64,000 bases of DNA from Bdellovibrionota bacterium (GTDB lineage: Bacteria; Bdellovibrionota; Bdellovibrionia; Bdellovibrionales; JAEYZS01): assembly GCA_963169515.1 (NCBI GenBank), contig CAUJEF010000007.1, positions 12,546 to 76,545 of the forward strand. Direction: 5' to 3'. Within the stretch, counting starts at the first letter, position 1. Each line of letters starts with the position of its first letter. The notes beneath the pieces were generated by a model. The model had not been told where the DNA came from. It saw only the letters and a program-made list of their open reading frames with translations, and ran no database searches. Position numbers and translations under genes: made by a program. Positions 7,219-16,801 of this stretch are shown here, piece after piece.

Positions 7219-8301
7219 ATGTTTCGTACACTTGTAAGCTTCTTTTTTGTGGCTAGCCATTGTTTGGCAACAGAACCTGCTCAATCTTCGCGGGGTCGGG
7301 GCGACGCTCAAATTAAGAGCTTAGAGGCTCTTGCACAAAAAAGACCACACGACAAGTTTATCAATCTTAAGCTAGCGGATATTTATTATAAAAAGAAAAA
7401 TTGGGACAAGGCACTTGCTTATTATAAAATTGCAAATACGAACTTGAACGTGGCCGCACTCGAAGGAATTGTGAAGTGTTTGGATAAAAAAAAAGATTAT
7501 CTAGAGCTTGTGCGGGCACTTGAAATTTTAAAACAAGAAAAGCCAATGGTTCCTAAATACTCTGCACAATTGGCGGACGCCTATGTAAAACAGGGGTCTC
7601 TGGACAAGGCCATTGAAAACTACAAAAATGCAATTAAACTGGCGCCCAAGTTTGATCATCCTTATGAGGGGCTGCTCCAATTACATGAAAAAAACAAAAA
7701 TTTTTATGAAGCCGCGATTGTTGCAAAAGACGCAATAAGGACCATGGGAGATCCCAAAAACATTTTTATTAGCAAGTTGTGTAAATATAAATATTCAGAA
7801 AATTACTATGAGGACTCAAAAATTATCTGCCAAGATGCCATCGCAAGGGCACCAAAAATTCCAGACAATCATGTCTACCTCGGCCTTTCTTATAAATATA
7901 CAGGGAACGAAAACCAGGCGCGGAAAATAATAATTTCTTCAGGCAAGAAATTTAAGCAAAGCGAATTTGCCCAGTTTTATGCGGGCCAGGCTTCAGATGA
8001 GTCCCGCAACTGGGAGCAGGCGGTAATTTTTTATCGACAAGGAACCATATCAGATCCAAACCAGGCGCGCTGCTTCTTGGGGCTTGCGAAAGCGCATTAT
8101 GAATTGCGCCAGTATCAACCTTCGATCGAAGCGTTTGTTAAGGCTTGTGAGCTGGACAACTCAGTGGACAATGAAATGAAACGAATTTCAGGTCTTTTGC
8201 GTGCAAAGAATGAAAACGCATGGTACGCAAAGTTTCGAAGTCAAGCGGACAGATGCCCCGTTTTGCGCGATTTAAAGGAAGCTAAAAAATCTACGAAATG
8301 A
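7219..8301 (+). CDS. Secreted TPR-repeat protein (TadD-like by context)
   Basis: 360 aa with a signal peptide (MFRTLVSFFFVASHCLA). Repeated TPR-like units are present (ADIYYKKKNWDKALAYYK, ADAYVKQGSLDKAIENYKNA, etc.). It is divergent from the Flp-motif gene. Confidence 0.6.
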   Translation: MFRTLVSFFFVASHCLATEPAQSSRGRGDAQIKSLEALAQKRPHDKFINLKLADIYYKKKNWDKALAYYKIANTNLNVAALEGIVKCLDKKKDYLELVRALEILKQEKPMVPKYSAQLADAYVKQGSLDKAIENYKNAIKLAPKFDHPYEGLLQLHEKNKNFYEAAIVAKDAIRTMGDPKNIFISKLCKYKYSENYYEDSKIICQDAIARAPKIPDNHVYLGLSYKYTGNENQARKIIISSGKKFKQSEFAQFYAGQASDESRNWEQAVIFYRQGTISDPNQARCFLGLAKAHYELRQYQPSIEAFVKACELDNSVDNEMKRISGLLRAKNENAWYAKFRSQADRCPVLRDLKEAKKSTK

Positions 8302-8814
8302 ATCTCCGATTTCAATAATTCGGAAAGCTTTAATTTTTTTATTGCCTTTCAAGGCCCTCACAATTTTTTGTAAGCTCGATTTGGGCCCAGTTAAAACCAA
8401 AAGGTTTATCCCCACCAGGCTGCGTGCGCTCCGAAGTTCAACAATCTCAAGACCTGTGTTGACCGCGGAAGCAGAAATACGGAAGGCTTCGCATAATGTT
8501 TTTGTCTCTATGACAAGAACATCATCACGAGGGGAAATTTTGAGCAAGTTGTAAAAACCTTTTAAGACGTGTTCATTTACATTTTCAATAACGGCAGAAT
8601 CAATCAAATCTTTTTTTGGAAGTTCTTTGTGGTTTTTTAAAAGATCGTTTTTGTGACCGTTCAACAGGATGACAAAGTTCCCTGTCAAGGTTGGGAAGGC
8701 CTCGAGAAGATGGGCGCTGGCAGAAGAAAAATTTTGCAGTAATTCATATCCGACCGAAATGCTTTTGGCTTCAACAACAAGGAGTGAGCTGCCGTTTGAT
8801 AAAATTGTCGTCAT
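8272..8814 (-). CDS. Hypothetical protein, internal duplication with possible BMC-like fold
   Basis: 180 aa. Two halves each carry a (L/V)VxE(A/T)K motif: LLVVEAKSISVGYELL... and VLVIETKTLCEAFRISASAVNTGLEIVEL...LLVLTGPKSSLQKIVRAL. Its 3' end overlaps the convergent TPR gene by 30 nt. Confidence 0.5.
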   Translation of the reverse strand: MTTILSNGSSLLVVEAKSISVGYELLQNFSSASAHLLEAFPTLTGNFVILLNGHKNDLLKNHKELPKKDLIDSAVIENVNEHVLKGFYNLLKISPRDDVLVIETKTLCEAFRISASAVNTGLEIVELRSARSLVGINLLVLTGPKSSLQKIVRALKGNKKIKAFRIIEIGDSFRRFFSFL

Positions 8815-9120
8815 AATAGAATTGCCCTTGCTTTTTTATTGATCGTTTTGGAGTAAACTCGATAATTGCGTGGGGGTCAATGAAGCCCAAATTCAAATGC
8901 CTGTAAAAAATAGGACGCTTGAACCAAAGATAAAAACCTGAAAAAATCTGAAAAAAGCACTAGATATAGTATCGATACGGCGCCCCAGGCCAACCAGTAG
9001 ATAGGCCATAAAATTCCTATAATGATTACACAAAATGCACCTTATGGATCAAAAAAGGGGTCATAAATGTGTTGAAACTTGGTCTTGGGTTTGACATAAA
9101 TTTTTTGGGGGATAAAGGGG

Positions 9121-9534
9121 ATGGCTAATTCAGAAAATCTTATTGAGCTTAAGGCAAAGAAAATTTTCGATCTTGATGAAATAAATAACTTGATGCCAAT
9201 TATTCAAAGAATCACGCGCTCGTACAATGAGCGGGTTCAAGAGCTTGTTCGAAAAATTGAAGCTCTCTCGAATCGCAATGACATTATGGCGGCTCAGCTT
9301 GAACGTGAAGTAAATCAGCTAATCCAGGAGTGGCAGGTAAAACTTGAAAAGCTAGGTGGCCACACGAAGGGTCTTTGGATTGCAGACTTCGATTCAGGCG
9401 ACGGCTACTTCTGTTGGAAATTTCCCGAAGAAAGAATTTCACATTGGCACGAACACAAAGATGGCTTTTCTGGCCGAAAACCGATACAAGATTATCTGAG
9501 GAGAAAAGAGCTTAAGCCCGAAGCGACTCTTTAG
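9121..9534 (+). CDS. DUF2203-family protein
   Basis: 137 aa. An N-terminal coiled region is followed by a C-terminal GLWIADFDSGDGYFCWKFPEERISHWHEHKDGFSGRKPI signature typical of DUF2203. Confidence 0.6.
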   Translation: MANSENLIELKAKKIFDLDEINNLMPIIQRITRSYNERVQELVRKIEALSNRNDIMAAQLEREVNQLIQEWQVKLEKLGGHTKGLWIADFDSGDGYFCWKFPEERISHWHEHKDGFSGRKPIQDYLRRKELKPEATL

Positions 9535-9539
9535 TAGTC

Positions 9540-11153
9540 ATGAGAATAGGCCTTGCCCAAATCAATTGTCAGGTCGCCGCGTTTGATCGAAATTTTTCTA
9601 AAATACTAGAATATACAATTAGAGCAAAAGAACGTCATTGCGACATCGTCGTATTTCCAGAACTGTCAATGTATGGTTATTGGCCGAGCGACTTGTTGGA
9701 ACGCAAAGAGCTTGTTCAGGAGCAACTCAAAAAACTAAGTGAATTAGGTAAAAAAATCCCTCCCCATATAGGTGTATTGGTTGGCGCCGTAACATTAAAT
9801 CCGAAAAAAACAGGGAAGCTTTATCATAACTCGGCTGTTTTCTTAGAAAAGGGGAGGTCACCGAAATATTTCCACAAAGAACTTTTGCCAAATTATGACG
9901 TTTTTGATGAGGCTCGACATTTTGAACCAGGAAACCTTGAAAATAATATTCTTAATTTTAAGGGGAAGAAAATTCTGATTCCTATATGCGAAGATATTTG
10001 GGGGTGGGGAGAGTCTTGGGTGGGGACACGGTACCCAGAAAATCCGATTAAAAAAATAAAATCAAAAAGAATTGATTTTGCTTTAAGCCCCAACGCATCC
10101 CCATTTTCGTTGGGGAAGCCGCTTGGGAGAAAGTCGGTCGCAACCAAGACCGCCAAGTTTTTGAAGGTACCAGTCATTTATGTTAATCAGGTCTCGGGAC
10201 AAGACGAAATAATTTTTGATGGCGGTAGTTTTGCCATCGATGCCAAGGGTAAAGTATTGGCTCAATCTGTATATTTTCAAGAAGATTTAAATATTGTGGA
10301 TCTTGATAAGAAAGAAGGCGGAGTTCGCGGCTTAGATTTAACCCCCCTCGAGCTTTTAAGGGGAGCGCTAGTTTTTGGATTAAAAGACTTTGCAAAAAAG
10401 AATGAATTTGAACGTGTTCATCTGGGTTTAAGTGGAGGAGTGGACTCTGCCCTTGTGGCGTGCTTAGCGGTTGATGCATTCGGCCCAAACAAGGTTACTG
10501 TTTTTGGAATGCCGGGGCCGTTCAGCGCAGAGGAAAGCTTCACCCTGGCAAAACAATTGGCTAAGAATTTGGGCTGTGATTTCAAAGATCTGTCTATTGA
10601 CGAAGCATACAACACTGTAATCGGGTCGCTTAAGGGAACATTGGGTGATTTTGAATTTGGGGTTGTAAACGAGAATGCTCAATCCCGATTACGAGGATTA
10701 TTTTTGAGCGCCTATGGAAATTTGAAGCCCAGTCTTTTGCTTGCGACGGGAAACAAAGACGAATTTGCAGTTGGCTATACAACATTGTATGGCGATATGT
10801 GCGGGGGGCTGGCGCCGATTGGCGACTTACTAAAGGGGCAAGTGTACGAGTTGTGCGAATTATACAATGAACAGACAGAGCTAATTCCAAAACGAATTTT
10901 AAGCCGTGATCCAACGGCAGAACTTCGACCTAACCAAAAAGACAGTGATACACTGCCACAATATAAAAAGCTTGATCACTATGTTCATGATCTTGTTGTG
11001 GGCTTGAAAACCCCGAAGACTCCTGAAGAAAAGAAGATTTTAAATAAAATTTTTAAAAACGAATTTAAAAGGTGGCAGGCCCCCCCCATTCTGCGGGTAA
11101 CCCAACATGCTTTTGGGACCGGCCGCCGCTATCCCCTTTCCATGCAAAAATAA
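9540..11153 (+). CDS. nadE: Glutamine-dependent NAD+ synthetase
   Basis: 537 aa. An N-terminal CN-hydrolase domain (MRIGLAQIN..., FPELSMYGY, ICEDIW) is followed by a C-terminal NAD synthase domain with the GLSGGVDSA P-loop. Confidence 0.9.
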   Translation: MRIGLAQINCQVAAFDRNFSKILEYTIRAKERHCDIVVFPELSMYGYWPSDLLERKELVQEQLKKLSELGKKIPPHIGVLVGAVTLNPKKTGKLYHNSAVFLEKGRSPKYFHKELLPNYDVFDEARHFEPGNLENNILNFKGKKILIPICEDIWGWGESWVGTRYPENPIKKIKSKRIDFALSPNASPFSLGKPLGRKSVATKTAKFLKVPVIYVNQVSGQDEIIFDGGSFAIDAKGKVLAQSVYFQEDLNIVDLDKKEGGVRGLDLTPLELLRGALVFGLKDFAKKNEFERVHLGLSGGVDSALVACLAVDAFGPNKVTVFGMPGPFSAEESFTLAKQLAKNLGCDFKDLSIDEAYNTVIGSLKGTLGDFEFGVVNENAQSRLRGLFLSAYGNLKPSLLLATGNKDEFAVGYTTLYGDMCGGLAPIGDLLKGQVYELCELYNEQTELIPKRILSRDPTAELRPNQKDSDTLPQYKKLDHYVHDLVVGLKTPKTPEEKKILNKIFKNEFKRWQAPPILRVTQHAFGTGRRYPLSMQK

Positions 11154-11453
11154 TTAAGGGATTCTAATTTTTAGGTTTACATACGGATGGAGCTGGCACG
11201 AGAGCCGTTCATTGCGAGCAAAGCCACGATCTTGCGCAATCTCTTGTTCGGGAATGGTTCTTTTTGGTAACTCATTTAAATTTGAATCAACAATGACCCT
11301 ACAGGTACTACAGCTGCCCATCCCGCCGCACGAATAGTCCATTTGAATACCCTCATGCAGCAGTGCCTCTAGCACGGTATCTTCAGTGGAAAAAGGTATG
11401 TCTCTGTCACCCAAACGAAATGCCGTTTCTGGCTTGCGCTTTTTAAGTTTCAT
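11154..11453 (-). CDS. 2Fe-2S ferredoxin
   Basis: 99 aa. The Cys pattern is SCGGMGSCSTCRV...LSCQ (C-x5-C-x2-C...C). Confidence 0.75.
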   Translation of the reverse strand: MKLKKRKPETAFRLGDRDIPFSTEDTVLEALLHEGIQMDYSCGGMGSCSTCRVIVDSNLNELPKRTIPEQEIAQDRGFARNERLSCQLHPYVNLKIRIP

Positions 11454-11500
11454 CGCTATCAGTATGGCACATCTTATTGAGTACCAGAAGTGGGGGATTA

Positions 11501-12115
11501 ATGAATTTTGTAGCCTTTGACCTTGAAACGACGGGCTTTATGGTAGGCTCAGACCAGATAGTTGAAATTGCAGCCGTACGCTTTTCAAATGGCCATCCCA
11601 CAGAGGCCTTTGCTACGCTTATTAATCCAAATAGGTCGATACCGCCAGAGGCGTCACGGGTGAGCGGAATTACAGACGAGATGCTAGTCGGAAAGCCCAG
11701 TATTGACGTTGTAATGGAACCGTTTGCAGAATTTTGTCGTGATGACATTATGGTTGCGCATAATGCCCCTTTTGATTTTCAATTTGTTCTTCATGATGTG
11801 AAAAGGTTAGAAAGCGCAGCACCGCGTGGACTTGTGCTGGACACTTGCGCCCTTGCACGCAAAGTTTTTCCAGGCCTTATCAATTATAAACTGGGTACAC
11901 TTGTTCAGCATCTAAAATTTCCAACCGGAGTGTTTCATCGCGCTCAAGAAGACGCAACATATTGTGGACAACTTTTTTCAGAAACATTAAAAAAGCTAAC
12001 TCAAAATGGCCAACCGCCTGCAATTGAAACATTGATAAATCTTCAAGGCGGGAAGCCGCTAAAATTTCCGGTGATCGAACGCCAGCCCAAGCAGCTAGAT
12101 CTTTTAAGTCTTTAA
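11501..12115 (+). CDS. DnaQ/DEDDh-family 3'-5' exonuclease
   Basis: Exo motifs are FVAFDLETTG, VAHNAPFDFQFV and HRAQEDA. The preferred ATG at 11501 is preceded by GGGGGA. The track start is 11477. Confidence 0.8.
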   Translation: MNFVAFDLETTGFMVGSDQIVEIAAVRFSNGHPTEAFATLINPNRSIPPEASRVSGITDEMLVGKPSIDVVMEPFAEFCRDDIMVAHNAPFDFQFVLHDVKRLESAAPRGLVLDTCALARKVFPGLINYKLGTLVQHLKFPTGVFHRAQEDATYCGQLFSETLKKLTQNGQPPAIETLINLQGGKPLKFPVIERQPKQLDLLSL

Positions 12116-12116
12116 T

Positions 12117-13325
12117 TTAATCAACAACGTAAAACGGATTGGTGTAGATCCAGGAAATCCATCTCTTTCCCTCTGGAAATGCAAAGGATGGGATAACTCG
12201 AACCACCGCTCGATAAATCCCTGGCGCTGTGATGGCTAGATCGGTTTTCATTGAATTTGAGGTCGAATAGAGCTCCCCGTCTTTATAAATCCGGACTTCG
12301 AAAGGAACTTCGAGGAAAGCGGGCAATTGTATTTTGAGTTTTGTGCTCTTTCCGAGCGGAACTGTGGACCCCATTAAGAAGTTTTTGTCAAAAGATCTCA
12401 TTTGAGCAAAAAATCCCTTTGGATTGGCCACGATATCAAGACAAGAATAAAATTGCCCCTCACGGAGAGCCGTTAGTACTTTTACACGATCTCGCTCCGC
12501 TTCCCCCGTAAGCTCTGATGTGATCAGAAGGTGGTTGCTGCCAACGGCAAACAGAGTGTCGTAAGACGGAAATTTCAACATAAGGCCAGGGAGTATAACA
12601 GCTTTTGCCGTTGCATCAGAACCAAAGAGCCCAACAGTCTTTCTTTTTTTATTAAGTTCATCCCATAAAAAAAGCTCATCGGATGGTTCAGAATAAAGAC
12701 GAATTAAAGCGAGATTTGGATTTAAGGCGTATAAGAACAAGCTATACAGAGAATTAAGCTTTGATCTGATCCACGCCGCTTCAAGCACTCGCTTCAGGTT
12801 GATAATCTCAATGCCATCAAGTCCAACAGGATATTCCCCAATCCATTGGTAGCGAGTATGGAATGGATGAGCAAGAAAAACAAAACCCGATTCCTTTGCT
12901 TTGTTTTCTTGGGACAAAAGGTCTGCGAAATAGGCTTGGGATTTTGCCTTTCCCTCGGGAGGCTCAGAGGCCGGGCCACCGTAGTACATTAACCGGGCAT
13001 CAAGGTAGCTATATTCCCCGCCAGATAGAACCAACAAGTTTTGATGATATCCTTCAATCCCAGAGTTTTGGGTGACAGGGTTGACCTCGGTAAAAAATAA
13101 AAAATCAAAGCGTAGTTGTTTTGCGGCAGAGATGATTTCTTCATGTGTTCCGCTGCCGGAGCTTGATTTTGAATGGATGTGCGTGAGCCCTTTGTAGTCA
13201 TATAGCCCCTCTGGATTTTGGATTCCGATTTGGGGACGAGCAACGGTAATCTGATATTGGCTGATATATAAGCCGTAAATCAAAACAACAATTACGAAAA
13301 ATCCTACGATAAAGACTTTTTTCAT
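12117..13325 (-). CDS. Membrane-anchored PHP-domain metallohydrolase-like protein
   Basis: 402 aa with an N-terminal TM segment. It has an HxH motif (GLTHIHSKSSSGSGTHEE) and LAHPF later. A 4-nt overlap links it to the upstream GT gene. Confidence 0.5.
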   Translation of the reverse strand: MKKVFIVGFFVIVVLIYGLYISQYQITVARPQIGIQNPEGLYDYKGLTHIHSKSSSGSGTHEEIISAAKQLRFDFLFFTEVNPVTQNSGIEGYHQNLLVLSGGEYSYLDARLMYYGGPASEPPEGKAKSQAYFADLLSQENKAKESGFVFLAHPFHTRYQWIGEYPVGLDGIEIINLKRVLEAAWIRSKLNSLYSLFLYALNPNLALIRLYSEPSDELFLWDELNKKRKTVGLFGSDATAKAVILPGLMLKFPSYDTLFAVGSNHLLITSELTGEAERDRVKVLTALREGQFYSCLDIVANPKGFFAQMRSFDKNFLMGSTVPLGKSTKLKIQLPAFLEVPFEVRIYKDGELYSTSNSMKTDLAITAPGIYRAVVRVIPSFAFPEGKRWISWIYTNPFYVVD

Positions 13326-14623
13326 CTGACCTCAAGGACTTGAAATTCGCCGAGCTCCTCGACAACGCTATAGTTATATTCTCTGGCCCATTCGGGCAAG
13401 GTTTGGTCATATCGCAAGACCACATAAAAAGGTGTGGAGGGCTTGGATTCAGTTAAATAATCATAAAAGTCACGTCGATTCATATCGCGCAACTTGTAAA
13501 CAGACTTTTTAGCCATATAGTTAAGCTGTGCGGCGACTTGATATGACCCAGCGAAAAGCGGGGAATATTTATATGGAATTTCTTTTAATACGCGGTAGAC
13601 ATTCAACTCCTTAAGCTTGGATTTTTCAAAAATTAATCTGGGTTTTTGAATTGCAATTACAATCACAACTGCAACAAAAAGCGTTGTCCAAACAAACAGA
13701 GTGGTTTTTTTCCACGATATTTTTTGCATTCCAAGTACGGCAAGAGCGAGTACCGCAGGATATGCCATAATAGGCCAATTCGGTTCAACGCGGCTTTTAA
13801 GGGATGTGACAAAGAAGAAGACAAGAGGAAGAAAAGCCCAAATACTTAAACTATGGAAATTCTTTTTTGAGAATCGAATCGCAGGAATCAAAACAAGTGG
13901 AAACAGAAGCAAGATTTGCCCCCCGAGATACTCTAGCGGGTAGGTTAGGCTTTGCGATTTCTTTACAAGACCGTGTCTTAGCTGAAAGGCAAAAGAATCA
14001 AAGTCGTGCGTAAAGTTCCAAATCAAAACAGGAAGTGAAAACAAAAGCCCCATAAATACGCATACGCGAACATGTTGGAGCTTTACGATATGCCATTGTT
14101 TCTTCACGGTAAGCCAAAATAAAATTCCCAATGGGAAAAGAACGATGTGATATTTTGAACAAAATCCCAAGCCAAGACATATTCCCAAAGCGCGAGCGAG
14201 CCGGGGCGTTGGATGATTAATGTATTCTTCAAACATGAGCAGACTTAGAGACCAGAAAAAAAGCAGCGGGATGTCTGGCGTCGCGATAATCCCACCCAAT
14301 CCAAAAAGAGGGTTTAGTAGTGCCAGCAATAGCCAGGCCGCCAATTGCTTTTGATCCATATATTTTTCAAGAATTTTTTTCCAAATTAGAAGGGTTCCGT
14401 GTGACATCACAATAACTGGAAGGCGGCCTAAATTTGCTATACTTTCAAATGGCCGCCCGAGGGAGAGCAGCCATGCGATCATCGGAGGGTGATCAAAATA
14501 GCTCATTTGAATGTGGTGGGACCAGACCCAATAATATGCTTCGTCTGAAAAGAACGGAACAAGTGCTGCGAGCCCTATTTTTACAAATAGGCTCACCCAC
14601 CAAATTTTTAAGAACAAACTCAC
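13322..14623 (-). CDS. GT39/ArnT-like (PMT_2) membrane glycosyltransferase
   Basis: 433 aa and polytopic. The N-terminal signature is FSDEAYYWVWSHHIQMSYFDHPPMIAWLL. Confidence 0.75.
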   Translation of the reverse strand: MSLFLKIWWVSLFVKIGLAALVPFFSDEAYYWVWSHHIQMSYFDHPPMIAWLLSLGRPFESIANLGRLPVIVMSHGTLLIWKKILEKYMDQKQLAAWLLLALLNPLFGLGGIIATPDIPLLFFWSLSLLMFEEYINHPTPRLARALGICLGLGFCSKYHIVLFPLGILFWLTVKKQWHIVKLQHVRVCVFMGLLFSLPVLIWNFTHDFDSFAFQLRHGLVKKSQSLTYPLEYLGGQILLLFPLVLIPAIRFSKKNFHSLSIWAFLPLVFFFVTSLKSRVEPNWPIMAYPAVLALAVLGMQKISWKKTTLFVWTTLFVAVVIVIAIQKPRLIFEKSKLKELNVYRVLKEIPYKYSPLFAGSYQVAAQLNYMAKKSVYKLRDMNRRDFYDYLTESKPSTPFYVVLRYDQTLPEWAREYNYSVVEELGEFQVLEVR

Positions 14624-15498
14624 TTTGGAAAGCTCAGGTCGATCGCTTGCCCAAGGTTTCCGGGGACACCGGTGTCTCGACCATTGTAAATGATGTTAAC
14701 TGCGCCACCATCGCTGATGGTCAATGTGACTTTGGTCTGTCCTTTGATCGTTAGTATTTGCTCTGGCTTTAAATCGACAGATTTTGCAGATCCATTATCA
14801 ATATTGTATTTCACTCTAACATTATCAAGTGCTTCGATAATTACTTGTTGAGGGGCTGCCGCGACTTGAACGGGGCTAGGGGTTGGTTTTGGAAGAGGGG
14901 TTGTCGGCACAGATGTCGCTGTCGGGGCAACAGGCTTATCGGTCGGCTGTGGTGAGGGCTTTGCTTCAGGCGACTCAACCGGCGGGGCAACCACAAGATT
15001 TGGATTCGGTGATTGTGATGGTTCTGTGTTTACGGTATTTGTCGATACCTGCGTGATAACGGTCTCTTTTCTTTCGGCAGCTTGTTTTGATTCCTCTTCA
15101 TATTTATTAATTGTTTCAACCAAAAACCACGCAAAACCTAGCAATAATAAAATTCCGGCAACCACAGATCCTTTTTTAATTAAATCCCACTTCTGATTTA
15201 TAAAGTCCAAGGTGTTGTTGTCATTTGCGGGATTAGACTCCAGCTTAGTAATCTGGGGCTTGGTCGTTCCCAGGTCAGCCATGAACATTTGCATAATCTT
15301 ATCGACATCCACGTCCAGGTGGCGAGCGTAAGATTGAACGAAGCCGCGCAAAAATGGTTTCGGAGGAAGACCTTGTTCGTCCCCCTCTTCAATAGCGATA
15401 AGGATTGCGCTATTAATTTTTGTAACAACAGCAACTTCTTTGATAGTAAGTTTCTTTTTTTCGCGCTCTTTTTTTAGTAGCTCACCGATGTCTTTCAT
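14620..15498 (-). CDS. rodZ: Cytoskeleton protein RodZ
   Basis: An XRE-type HTH (LTIKEVAVVTKINSAILIAIEEGD...LPPKPFLRGFVQSYARHL) is followed by a TM segment, a Pro-rich linker and a C-terminal beta domain. Synteny is ndk-pilW-rodZ. Confidence 0.85.
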   Translation of the reverse strand: MKDIGELLKKEREKKKLTIKEVAVVTKINSAILIAIEEGDEQGLPPKPFLRGFVQSYARHLDVDVDKIMQMFMADLGTTKPQITKLESNPANDNNTLDFINQKWDLIKKGSVVAGILLLLGFAWFLVETINKYEEESKQAAERKETVITQVSTNTVNTEPSQSPNPNLVVAPPVESPEAKPSPQPTDKPVAPTATSVPTTPLPKPTPSPVQVAAAPQQVIIEALDNVRVKYNIDNGSAKSVDLKPEQILTIKGQTKVTLTISDGGAVNIIYNGRDTGVPGNLGQAIDLSFPK

Positions 15499-15514
15499 GT
15501 CCCGTTTTCCGTTG

Positions 15515-16264
15515 TTATTTCTTAATTATTTTTAGCATAGATTCAGACTTTTGGGCAAATTCGCTTTCTGGGTAATTCTTAATCACCTCTTCAAATCGAG
15601 CAATGGCTTTGTCAAATTGCCCAGATTTATAGTAGCTGAGTGCGCTGAAATAATGAACTTCTTGAGGGATGCGATCACAGATTTTTAATGCACGGTCAAA
15701 AATATCAGAGGACTTTGAAAACTCCTGATTACGAAAAAGCGTTTGGCCATAGTAATTATACGCCTCGCAAAATTCACGGTTGATTTGGATTGCTTTCGCA
15801 AGAGCTTTTTTTGCTTTCTGGTACTCTTCCTTTTTCATGTGCGCTAATCCAAGGTTTGCAAAGGCCTTTTCAGGGGAGGGGTAAGTGAGGTCTTTTGTAA
15901 CTCTCTCCAGCTCGGCAATTGCGTCATCCGTTCGGCCCATTTCAATTAAAACTCGACCCAAATTATTTCGTGCGTCACTGTAGCTGGGTCTTAATTTTAA
16001 TGCGCGTGCAATATTTTGATGTGCCTCCGCGTACTTCTCTCGGACAAAATAAGCAAGGCCGAGATTATTCAGTATTAGCGGGTTATCTGGCTCCATGTCG
16101 TTTGCGATAAGCAATTGTTGGAGAGCTTCTGGATAGCGACCAGATTCGAGATCCGAAACCCCAATATTGAAGTGAAGGATTGCTTTTTGTTTAGTTTCTT
16201 GTTTTTCAGCATCTGCGCACGCCGTCAAAGATAAGCAGAAGAGAACTGCAATGTACTTTCCCAT
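15515..16264 (-). CDS. pilW: TPR lipoprotein, type IV pilus biogenesis/stability PilW (PilF)
   Basis: Lipobox LSLTAC and about six TPR units. It holds the conserved position between ndk and rodZ. Confidence 0.7.
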   Translation of the reverse strand: MGKYIAVLFCLSLTACADAEKQETKQKAILHFNIGVSDLESGRYPEALQQLLIANDMEPDNPLILNNLGLAYFVREKYAEAHQNIARALKLRPSYSDARNNLGRVLIEMGRTDDAIAELERVTKDLTYPSPEKAFANLGLAHMKKEEYQKAKKALAKAIQINREFCEAYNYYGQTLFRNQEFSKSSDIFDRALKICDRIPQEVHYFSALSYYKSGQFDKAIARFEEVIKNYPESEFAQKSESMLKIIKK

Positions 16265-16302
16265 GGAGAAATTTAACTAGAAGAACTCGCTTTTAGCAAT
16301 GA

Positions 16303-16728
16303 TTAACGATTTACAATTTCTGTTTTTTCAAAGAAGAGAGCGATTTCTCTTGCGGCGCTCGCCGGAGAGTCACTGCCATGGACAGCATTTTCACCCATTG
16401 TATCCCCAAAAAGCTTTCGAATTGTACCCGGGGCTGCTTTTGCAGGATCTGTCGCGCCCATAATTTCTCTGTTTTTTGCAACGGCATTATTGCCAGAAAG
16501 TACCATAAGCATGACAGGACCAGAGGTCATAAAACTAACAAGCTCGCCAAAAAAAGGTCGCGCTTTATGTTCTGCGTAGAATTCTTCGCATTTAGATTTT
16601 GTTAAAACGGTTAGCTTCGCCGCTGCAATTTTTAATCCGCTTTTTTCAAACTGTTCAATAATTGCGCCCATGACATTTTTTTTAACGGCATTTGGCTTAA
16701 TAATACTAAAGGTTTGTTCTGTCCCCAT
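16303..16728 (-). CDS. ndk: Nucleoside diphosphate kinase
   Basis: 141 aa. It has [12 protein letters not shown] and the active-site region NAVHGSDS. Confidence 0.95.
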   Translation of the reverse strand: MGTEQTFSIIKPNAVKKNVMGAIIEQFEKSGLKIAAAKLTVLTKSKCEEFYAEHKARPFFGELVSFMTSGPVMLMVLSGNNAVAKNREIMGATDPAKAAPGTIRKLFGDTMGENAVHGSDSPASAAREIALFFEKTEIVNR

Positions 16729-16801
16729 CGCTCCTCCAAGAGTTTCAGCGTTTTTAATGTCTTAGTTTACAGGGAGTTCACAGTCAACTTGGACTGCCGT
16801 G

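Noticed and set aside
8815-9120. 306-bp intergenic region with a TATAAT box (9018-9023) and a 16-codon mini-ORF
   Set aside because: There is no convincing -35 element, SD or structure. It is most simply the promoter/5' region of the DUF2203-nadE unit.
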